Below, piece by piece: positions 1 to 9,500 of a DNA stretch of 43,905 nucleotides. The position numbers and the translations under genes were made by a program. The DNA is from Bacteroidia bacterium. GTDB lineage: Bacteria; Bacteroidota; Bacteroidia; NS11-12g; UBA955. The stretch covers positions 1 to 43,905 of the forward strand of contig DASWYG010000025.1 of the NCBI GenBank assembly GCA_036405075.1, given 5' to 3'. A model generated the notes under the pieces. That model worked only from the letters and a program-made list of their open reading frames with translations. It was not told the DNA's origin and ran no database searches. How positions within the stretch are numbered: the first letter of the stretch is position 1; each line of letters begins with the position of its first letter.

Positions 1-145
1 GATTTGACCCATAATATTTATCTGATTTGGTAGTACAAAGATATACCCGTTTTTGATTTATGCAATACTTTTTCATAAATATTTTAGAAATAAAATACAA
101 CTATCACATTTACAATAAAGTAAATTTTGTTTCTGAATTACAATT

Positions 146-173
146 AAAAGAAAAAGCCCCCATTTCTGAGGGC
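146..173 (-). terminator. Rho-independent terminator closing the late structural/lysis operon
   Basis: The minus strand reads GCCCTC-AGAAAT-GGGGGC (5 bp plus one mismatch) followed by TTTTTCTTTT. It lies about 50 nt past the stop of the last minus-strand gene, 224..733. Confidence 0.55.
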
Positions 174-223
174 AAATCCCGGCTTTCGCCTCCAAATCGG
201 ATATTATTATCCAAAGTGCAAAT

Positions 224-733
224 CTATTTATATTTTCGATATAACCAATATCTAAAGGCTATAATTAATACTATTATGCTTAGTAATAAACCTGCGATTA
301 TGCCTATTAATAAGCTATCCCACCAAGGAGGCTCAATTGTCTTATAAACGACCCTCACAATCGTTTTGCGCTCTACAACCGTGTCACGCTTTAGTATTGT
401 TTGCAGGACCTCTTTTGTTTTCCATTTTATGATCGTCACAGATTTGATTGATCCAGTGTCAACGGTCAGCGTATCGACTTCATTGTGATATTTAACGAAT
501 GTATCGATCTGAAAGCCTTTAATTGTATCAAGTCGAGTGATTGTATCACTTCTGAGACATCCTAGCTTTGTGGCCTTTGTAATCGCTTTTTGACATTTCT
601 TTTCTGCATTGTATCCCGACAACATGAAAGCTGCAATAATCAATACAACAACTGCAATTAATTTTAGCACGTTCCACGCAATGAATAAGGCAAGTAAATG
701 CCAGTCGTTTTGGTTTCTATCTTGATCTATCAT
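224..733 (-). CDS. Membrane protein of unknown function with a hydrophobic helix at each end
   Basis: ATGA overlap with the upstream gene. An N-terminal helix (LLALFIAWNVLKLIAVVVLIIAAFML) and a C-terminal helix (LLIGIIAGLLLSIIVLIIAF) flank a T/V/K-rich, beta-looking middle region. Confidence 0.7.
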   Translation of the reverse strand: MIDQDRNQNDWHLLALFIAWNVLKLIAVVVLIIAAFMLSGYNAEKKCQKAITKATKLGCLRSDTITRLDTIKGFQIDTFVKYHNEVDTLTVDTGSIKSVTIIKWKTKEVLQTILKRDTVVERKTIVRVVYKTIEPPWWDSLLIGIIAGLLLSIIVLIIAFRYWLYRKYK

Positions 734-2877
734 AAGTTGATTTTAAAGCATTGAAGTGCGCCCGACCATTCACAATTGTAGAAATAATAGTAAGAACTAT
801 TCACATAAACCACCCCACCACTATAAGCATTACCGGCAAGTTCTTTTGGTGTTTCCCCGGTCACTTGCCATGCGGTCACGCCTCCACGAGTGAGTAATTT
901 GCCGTTTTCGTGTACAAAGAATAGATTAGTTTGGCCACCGGCACCGCCAAAGAACTCGCCGATGTATTTAACGAATACTTTATTGCCAACAACATAAACC
1001 TCATGACCGCCCCCATATTCCACGCCTTGCCCAATTTCGAAAGCGTCTCCGCTTGGATATATTTGGTTTGATCCGGTTATCGAAGGCATGGCATTAAACA
1101 CTATTTTGCCGTCCTTTATCCAACTTAAATGATAGCCTGTATGTTCTTTATTTGGATTGAATACAATTAAATATCCATCATCGGTTACATTTATAAAGGC
1201 ATTGTCGATATTGAGTGCAGAATGTTGAGAAATTGTAACAGATTGTAACATGTTACTATTTTTGAAAAGTACTGCAGTTTCTCCGGTATTTCGAGAACAT
1301 TCCCATACATACTCATTACCAAGGTTATCAAATGAAACACTTGCAAACATTTCATACTTTTTGATGACTTTCAAGCCCGTAGGCGATAGATATACTTTGC
1401 ATGGCACTCTTATGTCCTGATTGTCGTCTTTGTAGCACGAATCGACTAAGGCAAATGTTTTTCCATTAACAGTGTGAAGTGATCGTAAGAAATTTAAAGT
1501 ATTCTCTTTTACCAGGTAATTTGGCTTCAATCCGTATGTCCAGTTGGCGACCTGCTCCCATTTAACTGATGGGTAAGTGATCTTGTACTCAATGCCACAA
1601 GCGAAAACACGAGTAGGATCATTTTTATCGACAACGGAGTTATAATTCATCGGCACATAAGCAATGTGATTGATGATCACTCCATCTGAAGTGTAGTGTA
1701 AAATTCTACTGTTTCCGGCATCGACAATCCAAAGTGTGCCGTCCGAACCGATATAAACAAAGCCTTTTCGCTCGAAAGTATTGAAGTCTTTGGGCGTGTA
1801 AGTATAGAAGTCTACTTTAGGCGATGTTTGAGCAGTTGCAATCACTTTGCCGTTATAAGTGACAGACTGATCAGTCATTATAATGGTGTTTCCATTGAGA
1901 GTAAATGATGAAATGTGAACTGATGCAGAAAATGCACTTGTAGAAATCGAAGCCCCGGTGAACTTATCGTAAGTCTTTTTTTGAGTTGAAGTGTAAATGT
2001 AGATGTATTTATCATCAACCTCAATCGCTTTTGGTCGAGCAGATAAGTTATTCTGAACCAATCCGATTACTGATTTATACGGATTTGCCTGTTTTGTACA
2101 TTTTGCAGATTTGCCATATTGAAATGTTACCTCTGCATCATTTTCATATACAACAACGCCGCAATCAATCTTGCTAGGCCCATCTCCATCCATATCATAC
2201 CCGTGTGGATCGAATCCCAAAAGATAAACCCGTTTGCCATCTGAAGCAACCGAAACACCCTCAAAAACAAAGTCATTATTTCGTGGTTTATCTACTTCAA
2301 TGTGTTCTGTTGGATCACTGATAAGTGTCTTTGCAATTGGTGAATTTCCTTCAACAAATCCCTTTGTGAAATACAAATAACCATTGCACTCAGCAACAGC
2401 AGTCGGACTTCTTAGACCCTTAAATTTCGTAGGTCCGTAATCCAGTTTTGATGTATTACCAATATGCCCAAACCATTCATAAGAAGGTATTCCTGTTGTT
2501 GGTGGTAATGGAGTTATAACCGGAGTTGTAACCGGCTTTGTGCCAACCCAAATCGAATAATTATCATATCCGCAATTTTGTAAAGAGTATTTCCATACGC
2601 CTGTATAACTGGCCGATGTTGGCTGAAAAGTACCGGTACCGTCTTTTTTCAAAAGCAGCTTACCAACTCCCGAAATTGATGTAACGGTTGTTGTAGTGTT
2701 TGCGGATGCTGATCGTTGAACACAGTTGATAAAATAAAATGAAACCTGGTTCTTGAGTTTGAAGGATATTTTGTTTGTGCCATTTAAAAAAATACTGTCC
2801 TGCGCGTTCAAAAATGGTAATGAAAGCATTAACCCTATTGCAAGTAATATAAGCCTTGCTGCTGTTTTTAATTTCAT
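730..2877 (-). CDS. Secreted beta-propeller-like protein (NHL-like repeats) with a Sec signal peptide
   Basis: Signal peptide MKLKTAARLILLAIGLMLSLPFLNA|QD, with Gln at +1. Repeated G/Y/W-rich strands, for example GTLWIVDAGNSRILHYTSDG. ATGA-coupled to the genes on both sides. Confidence 0.75.
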   Translation of the reverse strand: MKLKTAARLILLAIGLMLSLPFLNAQDSIFLNGTNKISFKLKNQVSFYFINCVQRSASANTTTTVTSISGVGKLLLKKDGTGTFQPTSASYTGVWKYSLQNCGYDNYSIWVGTKPVTTPVITPLPPTTGIPSYEWFGHIGNTSKLDYGPTKFKGLRSPTAVAECNGYLYFTKGFVEGNSPIAKTLISDPTEHIEVDKPRNNDFVFEGVSVASDGKRVYLLGFDPHGYDMDGDGPSKIDCGVVVYENDAEVTFQYGKSAKCTKQANPYKSVIGLVQNNLSARPKAIEVDDKYIYIYTSTQKKTYDKFTGASISTSAFSASVHISSFTLNGNTIIMTDQSVTYNGKVIATAQTSPKVDFYTYTPKDFNTFERKGFVYIGSDGTLWIVDAGNSRILHYTSDGVIINHIAYVPMNYNSVVDKNDPTRVFACGIEYKITYPSVKWEQVANWTYGLKPNYLVKENTLNFLRSLHTVNGKTFALVDSCYKDDNQDIRVPCKVYLSPTGLKVIKKYEMFASVSFDNLGNEYVWECSRNTGETAVLFKNSNMLQSVTISQHSALNIDNAFINVTDDGYLIVFNPNKEHTGYHLSWIKDGKIVFNAMPSITGSNQIYPSGDAFEIGQGVEYGGGHEVYVVGNKVFVKYIGEFFGGAGGQTNLFFVHENGKLLTRGGVTAWQVTGETPKELAGNAYSGGVVYVNSSYYYFYNCEWSGALQCFKINL

Positions 2878-3071
2878 AAATATTTTTTAATGTTTATTTC
2901 GTTAAGTGTCTCGTTTGCTGTCGAAATTGGTTCTTTTCCATCTCGAATAGATTCAAGCGCAAGTATTGCTTTTTCAAAGTCATTTAGAACATCTGTAAAT
3001 GTATGCATCAGTGTTACAATCGGTTCTGTTTCAGGAAATAATTCCTCATGCTTAATAATATTTTTGTTCAT
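2874..3071 (-). CDS. Small acidic hypothetical protein (65 aa)
   Basis: ORF with ATGA overlaps to both the endolysin gene and the 715-aa gene. Confidence 0.6.
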   Translation of the reverse strand: MNKNIIKHEELFPETEPIVTLMHTFTDVLNDFEKAILALESIRDGKEPISTANETLNEINIKKYL

Positions 3072-3643
3072 AATTTAACGTAAGTTGGTTTGCCTTGTGT
3101 CTCCCATTTAGCCTTTAGTTGTGAAGCTGAAAATCCAAATGATTTTTCAAAGTGCGGATAGTCTTTAAATGATTTGAAATTACCACCCCAAAACCACCCG
3201 TATTTCTCAAATATCTTGACCACTTCCATCCAGTCAGGTATTTTGTCTCCATCGAAATCTTGACCCCGTTCCCATACTGCACGACCATGATCGATCAAAA
3301 CGATGTCAACTGCTAAACCATAGTTGTGACAGGACTCACCACCCTTTGCATTTGTGACCTTTGACCCTCCGATTGTTCTACCTTTGGCATATAAGTCGTT
3401 TTGCTCTTTAAACGTCCTGAGAGTGTATGCAAATCGACAAAATGCTGTGCCAGTTAACGCTGCACATATTTCATCATAGATGGCCTTTACTTCACCCTTT
3501 ACTTTCGGGTGAAGTAGTTCTATTCGTTGAAGTGTTATTTGGTCTTTCATGTTAATTTTCGGTTCAATTTTAACAACGTTATGCAATGTTTTGATATATA
3601 TGTCTCCGACATTGATGTCGGAGACATCATTTTTTCTTTCCAA
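3068..3643 (-). CDS. Endolysin, peptidase M15 (VanY / L-Ala-D-Glu peptidase type)
   Basis: SCHNYGLAVDI and DYPHFE fit the His/Asp zinc-ligand motifs of M15 peptidases. The gene follows two small TM proteins. The ORF-track start at 3643 is TTG, and the ATG at 3550 (MKDQITLQRIELLHP) is a plausible alternative start. Confidence 0.8.
   Translation of the reverse strand: MERKNDVSDINVGDIYIKTLHNVVKIEPKINMKDQITLQRIELLHPKVKGEVKAIYDEICAALTGTAFCRFAYTLRTFKEQNDLYAKGRTIGGSKVTNAKGGESCHNYGLAVDIVLIDHGRAVWERGQDFDGDKIPDWMEVVKIFEKYGWFWGGNFKSFKDYPHFEKSFGFSASQLKAKWETQGKPTYVKL
3600..3627. repeat. Perfect 13-bp inverted repeat at the holin/endolysin junction
   Basis: ATGTCTCCGACAT-TG-ATGTCGGAGACAT. The right arm ends on the stop codon of 3627..3848. 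Confidence 0.9.
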
Positions 3644-3848
3644 ATCTTGGGTCGTTGGGGTTCAAGTAATTTGCAATAGTTGGTAGAAACGCCACCATGC
3701 CACCGGCAAACAATTTTTTAATGAGTGCCACATCGAAGTGAAACGGGTCAATCCCTTGCATCAACTCGTATGCATAAAGTGAGATGACAGTTGAAAGGAA
3801 ATGTTTCACGAAATTTCCTTTGAGTGTATCAAAAAATGTCTTTTTCAT
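3627..3848 (-). CDS. Holin-like small membrane protein (73 aa, two hydrophobic segments)
   Basis: Hydrophobic stretches FLSTVISLYAY and LFAGGMVAFLPTIANYL, a basic C-terminus, and a position directly upstream of the endolysin gene. Confidence 0.55.
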   Translation of the reverse strand: MKKTFFDTLKGNFVKHFLSTVISLYAYELMQGIDPFHFDVALIKKLFAGGMVAFLPTIANYLNPNDPRFGKKK

Positions 3849-4075
3849 TTATTCTTTAAATTAAATTCGTACAGAGCCTTTGTATTGTCTTTGATGACCT
3901 CATTTTGCATTTGCCACATCTGACGTTGAAGTGCATCTACTTTTTTATTGAGATTGAAGTTTTGGTAGGTCAAAACCGCAACCCACGATACTAATATCAC
4001 AACGGCCAGTCCTTTGGCCATTATTTCTTTTATCAGTATCGCTCTTTCGTTTGCTGAAATTAGTTCTCCCATCAT
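3845..4075 (-). CDS. Small type-II membrane protein with a coiled-coil tail (holin, antiholin or spanin-like)
   Basis: A single TM segment (GLAVVILVSWVAVLTY) followed by a heptad-like stretch, KKVDALQRQMWQMQNEVIKD. ATGA-coupled to the next gene. Confidence 0.5.
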   Translation of the reverse strand: MMGELISANERAILIKEIMAKGLAVVILVSWVAVLTYQNFNLNKKVDALQRQMWQMQNEVIKDNTKALYEFNLKNK

Positions 4076-4077
4076 TT

Positions 4078-4560
4078 TTACATTGTGCTTATTATTTCTC
4101 CTCTTTGATATCTCGCAAGCAGTTCATACCATAGAGCCGTAAAGGATGCTTTAATTGTTGCGTTTTGAGGCTTATCTTGCTCATCTCTGAATCCTTGCCA
4201 ATTCAAATACGCTAAATCAACCGCAAGCCCTTGCGCAGATTGAATCAATTCTATTTTGAACCCACCTAAATTGAAGGTATTGTTCGGAAATAATTCTAAA
4301 ATCTCAGCTTCGACAGGGATTAATACCCCCGAACCAGTCATTACTGGCACAGTTGTGTCAGGCAATTCATTAGAAATATCTACCAATGGCAAATCTTTTA
4401 ACCATGCAAATTCTTGACCTTCATAAGCATTTATTTCCTGCTCACTTATAAAATAACTCCCGTCTGCTGTCGCTGAAGGATTGAACAGGTTGTCTTGAGT
4501 AAAGTATTGACCTTGCAAAGACCTATATTGCTCTATTGTTAAATATGCTATTTTAGACAT
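4078..4560 (-). CDS. Tail-associated hypothetical protein (160 aa)
   Basis: ORF in the distal tail block, overlapping the upstream gene by 8 nt. Confidence 0.6.
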   Translation of the reverse strand: MSKIAYLTIEQYRSLQGQYFTQDNLFNPSATADGSYFISEQEINAYEGQEFAWLKDLPLVDISNELPDTTVPVMTGSGVLIPVEAEILELFPNNTFNLGGFKIELIQSAQGLAVDLAYLNWQGFRDEQDKPQNATIKASFTALWYELLARYQRGEIISTM

Positions 4561-5395
4561 TTCTTTTTAAATCGATTTGAAGTTGATGTACTATTGGAAT
4601 CCAAGCCAAAATTTGTGATTCAGTTACAGCTTTGCCGGTTATAAATCTCATAGCCCATTCGATATCGCTATACTGATTGATTGAGGCATTATTATTGTTT
4701 CTCGCACCCAAATAGAAAGGCTTGTTGATCAGTGTCAATGTAGGTGCTGAGTATGATAAATCAAGACCATCCTTGTCGTATGTTTTCATGTTTGTAGAAT
4801 CAAGATTTACTGCTGTAAATCTCAGATTTGCGTTTCCTGCGCTACTTTGAGAGCCTAATGTATAACCATCAAAAAGGCCAAATTCATAAATACGAGTTGC
4901 ATTTGTCAAATCCCATGTGCCCTCTAAACCTGTGGTTCCTTTGCCTCTTTGATAACCTCCAAATAATAATTGTTGCGCTCCGGCTTTGGCCAATGAATCC
5001 CAATGAGTATTTGCGTAAGCGTTTGAGGCATTACCCTTTATTCCTGCGCCGTTGAAAGTCCATCCACCTGAGAAAGACAATCTAAATGCTGCATCACTAT
5101 CAACCGGATTGACAGCATTGTATTTACATGAGGTCGCTGAATCTAATAAGAACAACCACATTGCATCAAATACAGTGCTTAAATTGTTTACCTTTAAAGT
5201 CAAAGAGAAAGCGCCTTTAGTTGCAACAAAGAACTTATCAATATATGTCCATAACTCAACCCCTGTAAGATCATAAGGCGAAGTGCCGTAGTTGGTTGAA
5301 TTATTTAGAATGCCCAATACATCCATGAGCGCAACCGTTTCGGGTTCGTAAGACTTACCTGCATTATAATAGATTACCCTCCTAGACATATACAC
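4553..5395 (-). CDS. Tail fibre or baseplate-associated protein (280 aa)
   Basis: G/S/N/T-rich beta-type composition and a position between the large distal tail protein and the lysis genes. Confidence 0.55.
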   Translation of the reverse strand: MYMSRRVIYYNAGKSYEPETVALMDVLGILNNSTNYGTSPYDLTGVELWTYIDKFFVATKGAFSLTLKVNNLSTVFDAMWLFLLDSATSCKYNAVNPVDSDAAFRLSFSGGWTFNGAGIKGNASNAYANTHWDSLAKAGAQQLLFGGYQRGKGTTGLEGTWDLTNATRIYEFGLFDGYTLGSQSSAGNANLRFTAVNLDSTNMKTYDKDGLDLSYSAPTLTLINKPFYLGARNNNNASINQYSDIEWAMRFITGKAVTESQILAWIPIVHQLQIDLKRNV

Positions 5396-6599
5396 CAGTT
5401 GTTTTAACCCATCCTGCCGAAGTTGCTATTGTGCGTTTTACCGCAATGGTATCGCCGAGTTGATATTCTGAAGGCGCTGCACCAAATGCACCACCATTTA
5501 ATGACCATGTAATTGTGCCACTGGCGCCATCCTGAGTAATACTGTCGATTGTACCTACTCCATCCGCATCAATTGTGATCTCACTTGTTTCGAGTTCATC
5601 TTCTAAGAACTCAAATCGAGCAACCAATGTCTTTACTTCGATGAATTTAGTTAGTGATGACGATGGTATCGGCAAAGCCCCGATGTCTCCATATACATTG
5701 CGTTTAAGCTTGTTTTTATCAACTTCTTTGAACTCATATACATAATTGGACTTGGTTGATAAGACTTGATTGTTTACGTCTTTGATCTCACTCAGGTAAA
5801 CTGGAAACTTTCTGTAAATCTTTTGATTTAAGAGATTATAATCAGTGATCAAAATGATATTACTCAGCATCGCATCTTCATTCAGATAATCTGAAATGTA
5901 GCCGGGTAAAAGATGGGTATTTAAAGTGTAAACATTCTCAATTTCAGCAGTGATTTGGTGTACTTTTCGCCTTGTGTCTATGAAGTTATCAGTCACGTAA
6001 GTCGGTGTTTTGTCACCAAATTTACCGTCAATGCGAAGCGATTGAGGCCATCCAATGCCAGTGTAGTCGAATCCCGACAATATTGAACCGTTTTGATAGG
6101 TTTCAATCTTTACAGTGCCGTCTGCACGTTCCGGAACATATTCGATCACATAAAATTTGTGCGAATCCCATGTGTATGTTTGTCCGGCACTTACTTGAGT
6201 GGTTCTTACTGTGTAAAATCCATACCCAAAGGCAAGTTGAACCAAATTCCAGTCTATAATGAATCCCTTTACATTTCCGATTGCTAAGTCACCGAAATTG
6301 TAGTAAGTGCCATAAGAAGAGCCGTTCAAAGTAGCTTTTAGTACTCCATCTTTATAAAGAGTAAATGTGATTGTGTCGGTGTCAAGTGCTTTCATTTTAA
6401 TGAAAGACTTGTAATCATTTTGCCATGTTTCACCACCGTTTTTTACAAACTGAGTTTCGACAAAATCACACCCATCGCACACGCAAACTTCACTCCCTGC
6501 ATCCTGAATCAACCCTGACACAACTGATGCCGCTTGAGAATCGGCAATCCCAATTAATCGCATGGGAAAAGCGTTATTGTAAAATGTCTTTATACTCAT
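5382..6599 (-). CDS. Tail fibre or baseplate-associated protein (405 aa)
   Basis: Position and composition. ATGA-coupled to the 1187-aa gene. Confidence 0.55.
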   Translation of the reverse strand: MSIKTFYNNAFPMRLIGIADSQAASVVSGLIQDAGSEVCVCDGCDFVETQFVKNGGETWQNDYKSFIKMKALDTDTITFTLYKDGVLKATLNGSSYGTYYNFGDLAIGNVKGFIIDWNLVQLAFGYGFYTVRTTQVSAGQTYTWDSHKFYVIEYVPERADGTVKIETYQNGSILSGFDYTGIGWPQSLRIDGKFGDKTPTYVTDNFIDTRRKVHQITAEIENVYTLNTHLLPGYISDYLNEDAMLSNIILITDYNLLNQKIYRKFPVYLSEIKDVNNQVLSTKSNYVYEFKEVDKNKLKRNVYGDIGALPIPSSSLTKFIEVKTLVARFEFLEDELETSEITIDADGVGTIDSITQDGASGTITWSLNGGAFGAAPSEYQLGDTIAVKRTIATSAGWVKTTGVYV

Positions 6600-9500
6600 G
6601 TCAGTTGATTTCCGCTTGTGAAATTATAATTAGGGTTGTTTGGTGAGTAAATGGCCCAATCGTTCGGTAATACGCCAGTCCAGTCATTAATGACGTGTTT
6701 GACCCAATAGAAACGAGCTTGATGTCCTGTTACGAATGTATTAGGATCAATTACCCAAATATGTGACTGGTTTTTGTTCTGAAGTGGCGAAGTTTCAATC
6801 GTTGAACTTGCTTGACCTCTCAATGCTTGTGGTGTGCCTTCGTTTGCGTTTGTTGCACTCATCGGAGTTTCAATTGTCCAGTGGTCAGGGTCAGATGGTG
6901 AGGCGATATTTGCTCTCAATCTTGAGAAGTGACGACCAAAACCACCGCTTCCATTGTCGGCTGAGTGAACAATTAAAAATACCGGGTTTGAATTTGCGTC
7001 AATCTCAAGTACTTCAAATCCAATGTTAAAGGCCAAATCGCCAACGGTTCCGGCAAGTCCATCAACATTCTCACCATTGCTTGTATTGATTTGAATATTA
7101 TAAACCAGTGAATAATTTGAAAAGTCTGCTCTATCAACTGGATCGGTTGTGCTGCCTGAAGATTGGTAATACTGTGCAATCTTACCATAAGTGTATTGAA
7201 ACGATTGTGGAGGGTTGTCATAGTTCATCACATAGACATTGGAGTTGTCGTGAATGATATCTTGCGGATGAGCGCACATATCATTTGTTGGGGAACCTGA
7301 GTCATAACACACCCATGATAAATTCTGCCATGATGTGCCGTTATGATAAAGAATCTTACAACCTCTGTCACCACCTCCCAAATTTGCATCACGATTACCA
7401 AACCAAATATAAGGTTTTGAGTTTGGTTCAAGTGCAGGATCTATTCGAATGAATGTTGGACCTGAACCGCCAATATTTGCAGTGTAAATTCGTGTTTGGG
7501 TGTAAATAGTGCCATTGAAGATGAACTCATGAACTTCAGTTGCGGTACCAGTGTAGGTAACTGCATAAAAATTAGGTTTACCGTTTGTATTTATTGTCGA
7601 AACTGCAAGTTTGAGATTTTGATAGGTGTATGAAGCGCTCAAAGCAATCGCTGTCTCACTGATGATGACTTTATCTGCGTTCAGTTGAGCAATCCTGAGT
7701 GAATTGGAAACCGCTATGCCATTATCAGCGCAGTTGAATAACAATAATTCATCTTCGCTTAGTGATTTGATGTCTCTGGCAATTTGGTAAAGTGGAAAAT
7801 TAGGACTGCCAAACAACCTGCCTGAGAGCAAATAATCTTCAGTTCCCAACTTGGTGAAGTCGATTAGTATAGTTGTTACTACTTCTGTGCCGGTGTCGAC
7901 AAGTTTTAATTTAGATTCACCGTTGACCGCTTTGAATATTCCGCCCGTTCTCAGTGTTCTGAGGCTTGATGCCTCTTCGATTGTGCCATATCCGGTTGAT
8001 TGAGCGATATCCAATCTCGTTACAGCGCAATCGATGTTAAAATCTGCAGTATTGCCAGAAGTTGGCGTATAAGTAATCACTACCTTGGTATCGGCGTTTT
8101 TTAAGATAGCACCACCCAAATCATTGTCATCAATATCAAATGTTTGAATGGTAACACCCCATAAAGTCAACTCATCGAGTGACCAATCATATATTTTAAG
8201 GTCAGGTGAATAATCCGAGTAACGAGTAGTGACATTTTTCTCAACATCAACATCAATTACCAGTTTAATTGAGTAACCGTTACCAATGTATCGACTAGAA
8301 TCTTTACCCATGCCGAGTGAATCGAGCGCACCATCGTAGAAAATTGTGTCTGCATTCGGCAATTTGATCCATGATTGCCAGTCAAGTTTCACAGCACATT
8401 TTAGTTCAATATCCTGCCAACCACCAACCGGATCATCGAAGGTTAAGAATACTTTATTGAACTGGTCGCCGGTGGCTAATTTATAACCCCTGGTTGTATT
8501 GATGTCGAGTTTTTCATAGTCAACAACCGCATTGACCAATATCTTGTCCGATACATCAAAGATGTACTTTTGAAGGTCAAATTGATTGTTTTCAGAATAA
8601 GCGATTACTCGGACTTGAATGTTTCGGATGTTGGCAAGTAGATTCTTACTGATTGTGCAGCCATATTGAATGCCATCTTGTTTCCATCCTTTGTAATCGG
8701 TATACCCGTTCTCATCGTCATCAATAGGATGAGGAAAGAACTCTTGATTAGAGAAAGTGAGTAATCCAGACTCATCATTATTGACAACAAATTGCTGCCA
8801 GTCCGCTTGAACGATAACCTTATTTGAGGTGTCTACTGAGTTGGTGTTTCCGGCTTGAATGCCGATGAAGTATTTATCTGAAATGGTATCGAGTAAATCC
8901 GGGTTGATGTACTCCCTTTCATCGCTTGAAAACTCAATATCGGCCTCAAAATCCACTCTCGAAGCACTCAAGTAATTGAATGTGATTTGTTTTATCCTGC
9001 CTGATCCGGTTGTGGTAAAAGTTCCGGAGACCATTGATCCGATAATAGAATCGGTCAGGAAAGTGTCTTGCAGACTGTCTTGTTTAGATGAATAACGGCT
9101 CAGTGGTGCAGCCCAAAAAAAGTAGATGCCTAATTTGGATGTATTGGTGAATCCTGTGCCATTAATTTGGCCAGTGACACGAGTTTTTTGATGTAGTTGA
9201 AGTGAATCAACCGCCTCACCATCATCGTAGTTGGTATAGGCTAAATTTGAGACGGAATAAGGGTTATTGTAACCATTGTAGTTTTCTCCAAACCAACCCA
9301 CAGAACCGAGCAACGATGAATCGGTAATTACTATTGAAGTATTTGGATTGGTCAGTGCAGTTCTGAATGTGTAACTTGCAATGTGCTTGATGGTATTTTC
9401 CTTAAAAAACTCATCCGGTTGGGTACCGTTGTCGAATGCAGTCTCATAGGCTTCTAAGAACAACGGATTAATAATGAACTCCTGAGTAATCTCGTATTTG

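Noticed and set aside
207-215. Near-consensus DnaA boxes (TTATCCAAA here and TGTGGATAG at 37754..37762) as possible targets of the DnaA-domain-IV-like protein.
   Set aside because: Each is a single 8-of-9 match, which is expected by chance in 44 kb of A+T-rich DNA. They do not cluster.
60-347. 95-aa plus-strand ORF at the left edge.
   Set aside because: It spans the terminator and the 3' end of the minus-strand membrane-protein gene. It is A+T-rich low-complexity sequence with no start context.
730-900. A type IX secretion C-terminal sorting domain at the end of the 715-aa secreted protein.
   Set aside because: The C-terminus (…CEWSGALQCFKINL) could not be matched by eye to the CTD pattern. 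A profile search is needed before making the claim.
6763-8790. Several 60-90-aa ORFs on both strands inside the 1187-aa tail gene.
   Set aside because: They are fully nested in a long, uninterrupted ORF and have no independent signals, so they are shadow ORFs.
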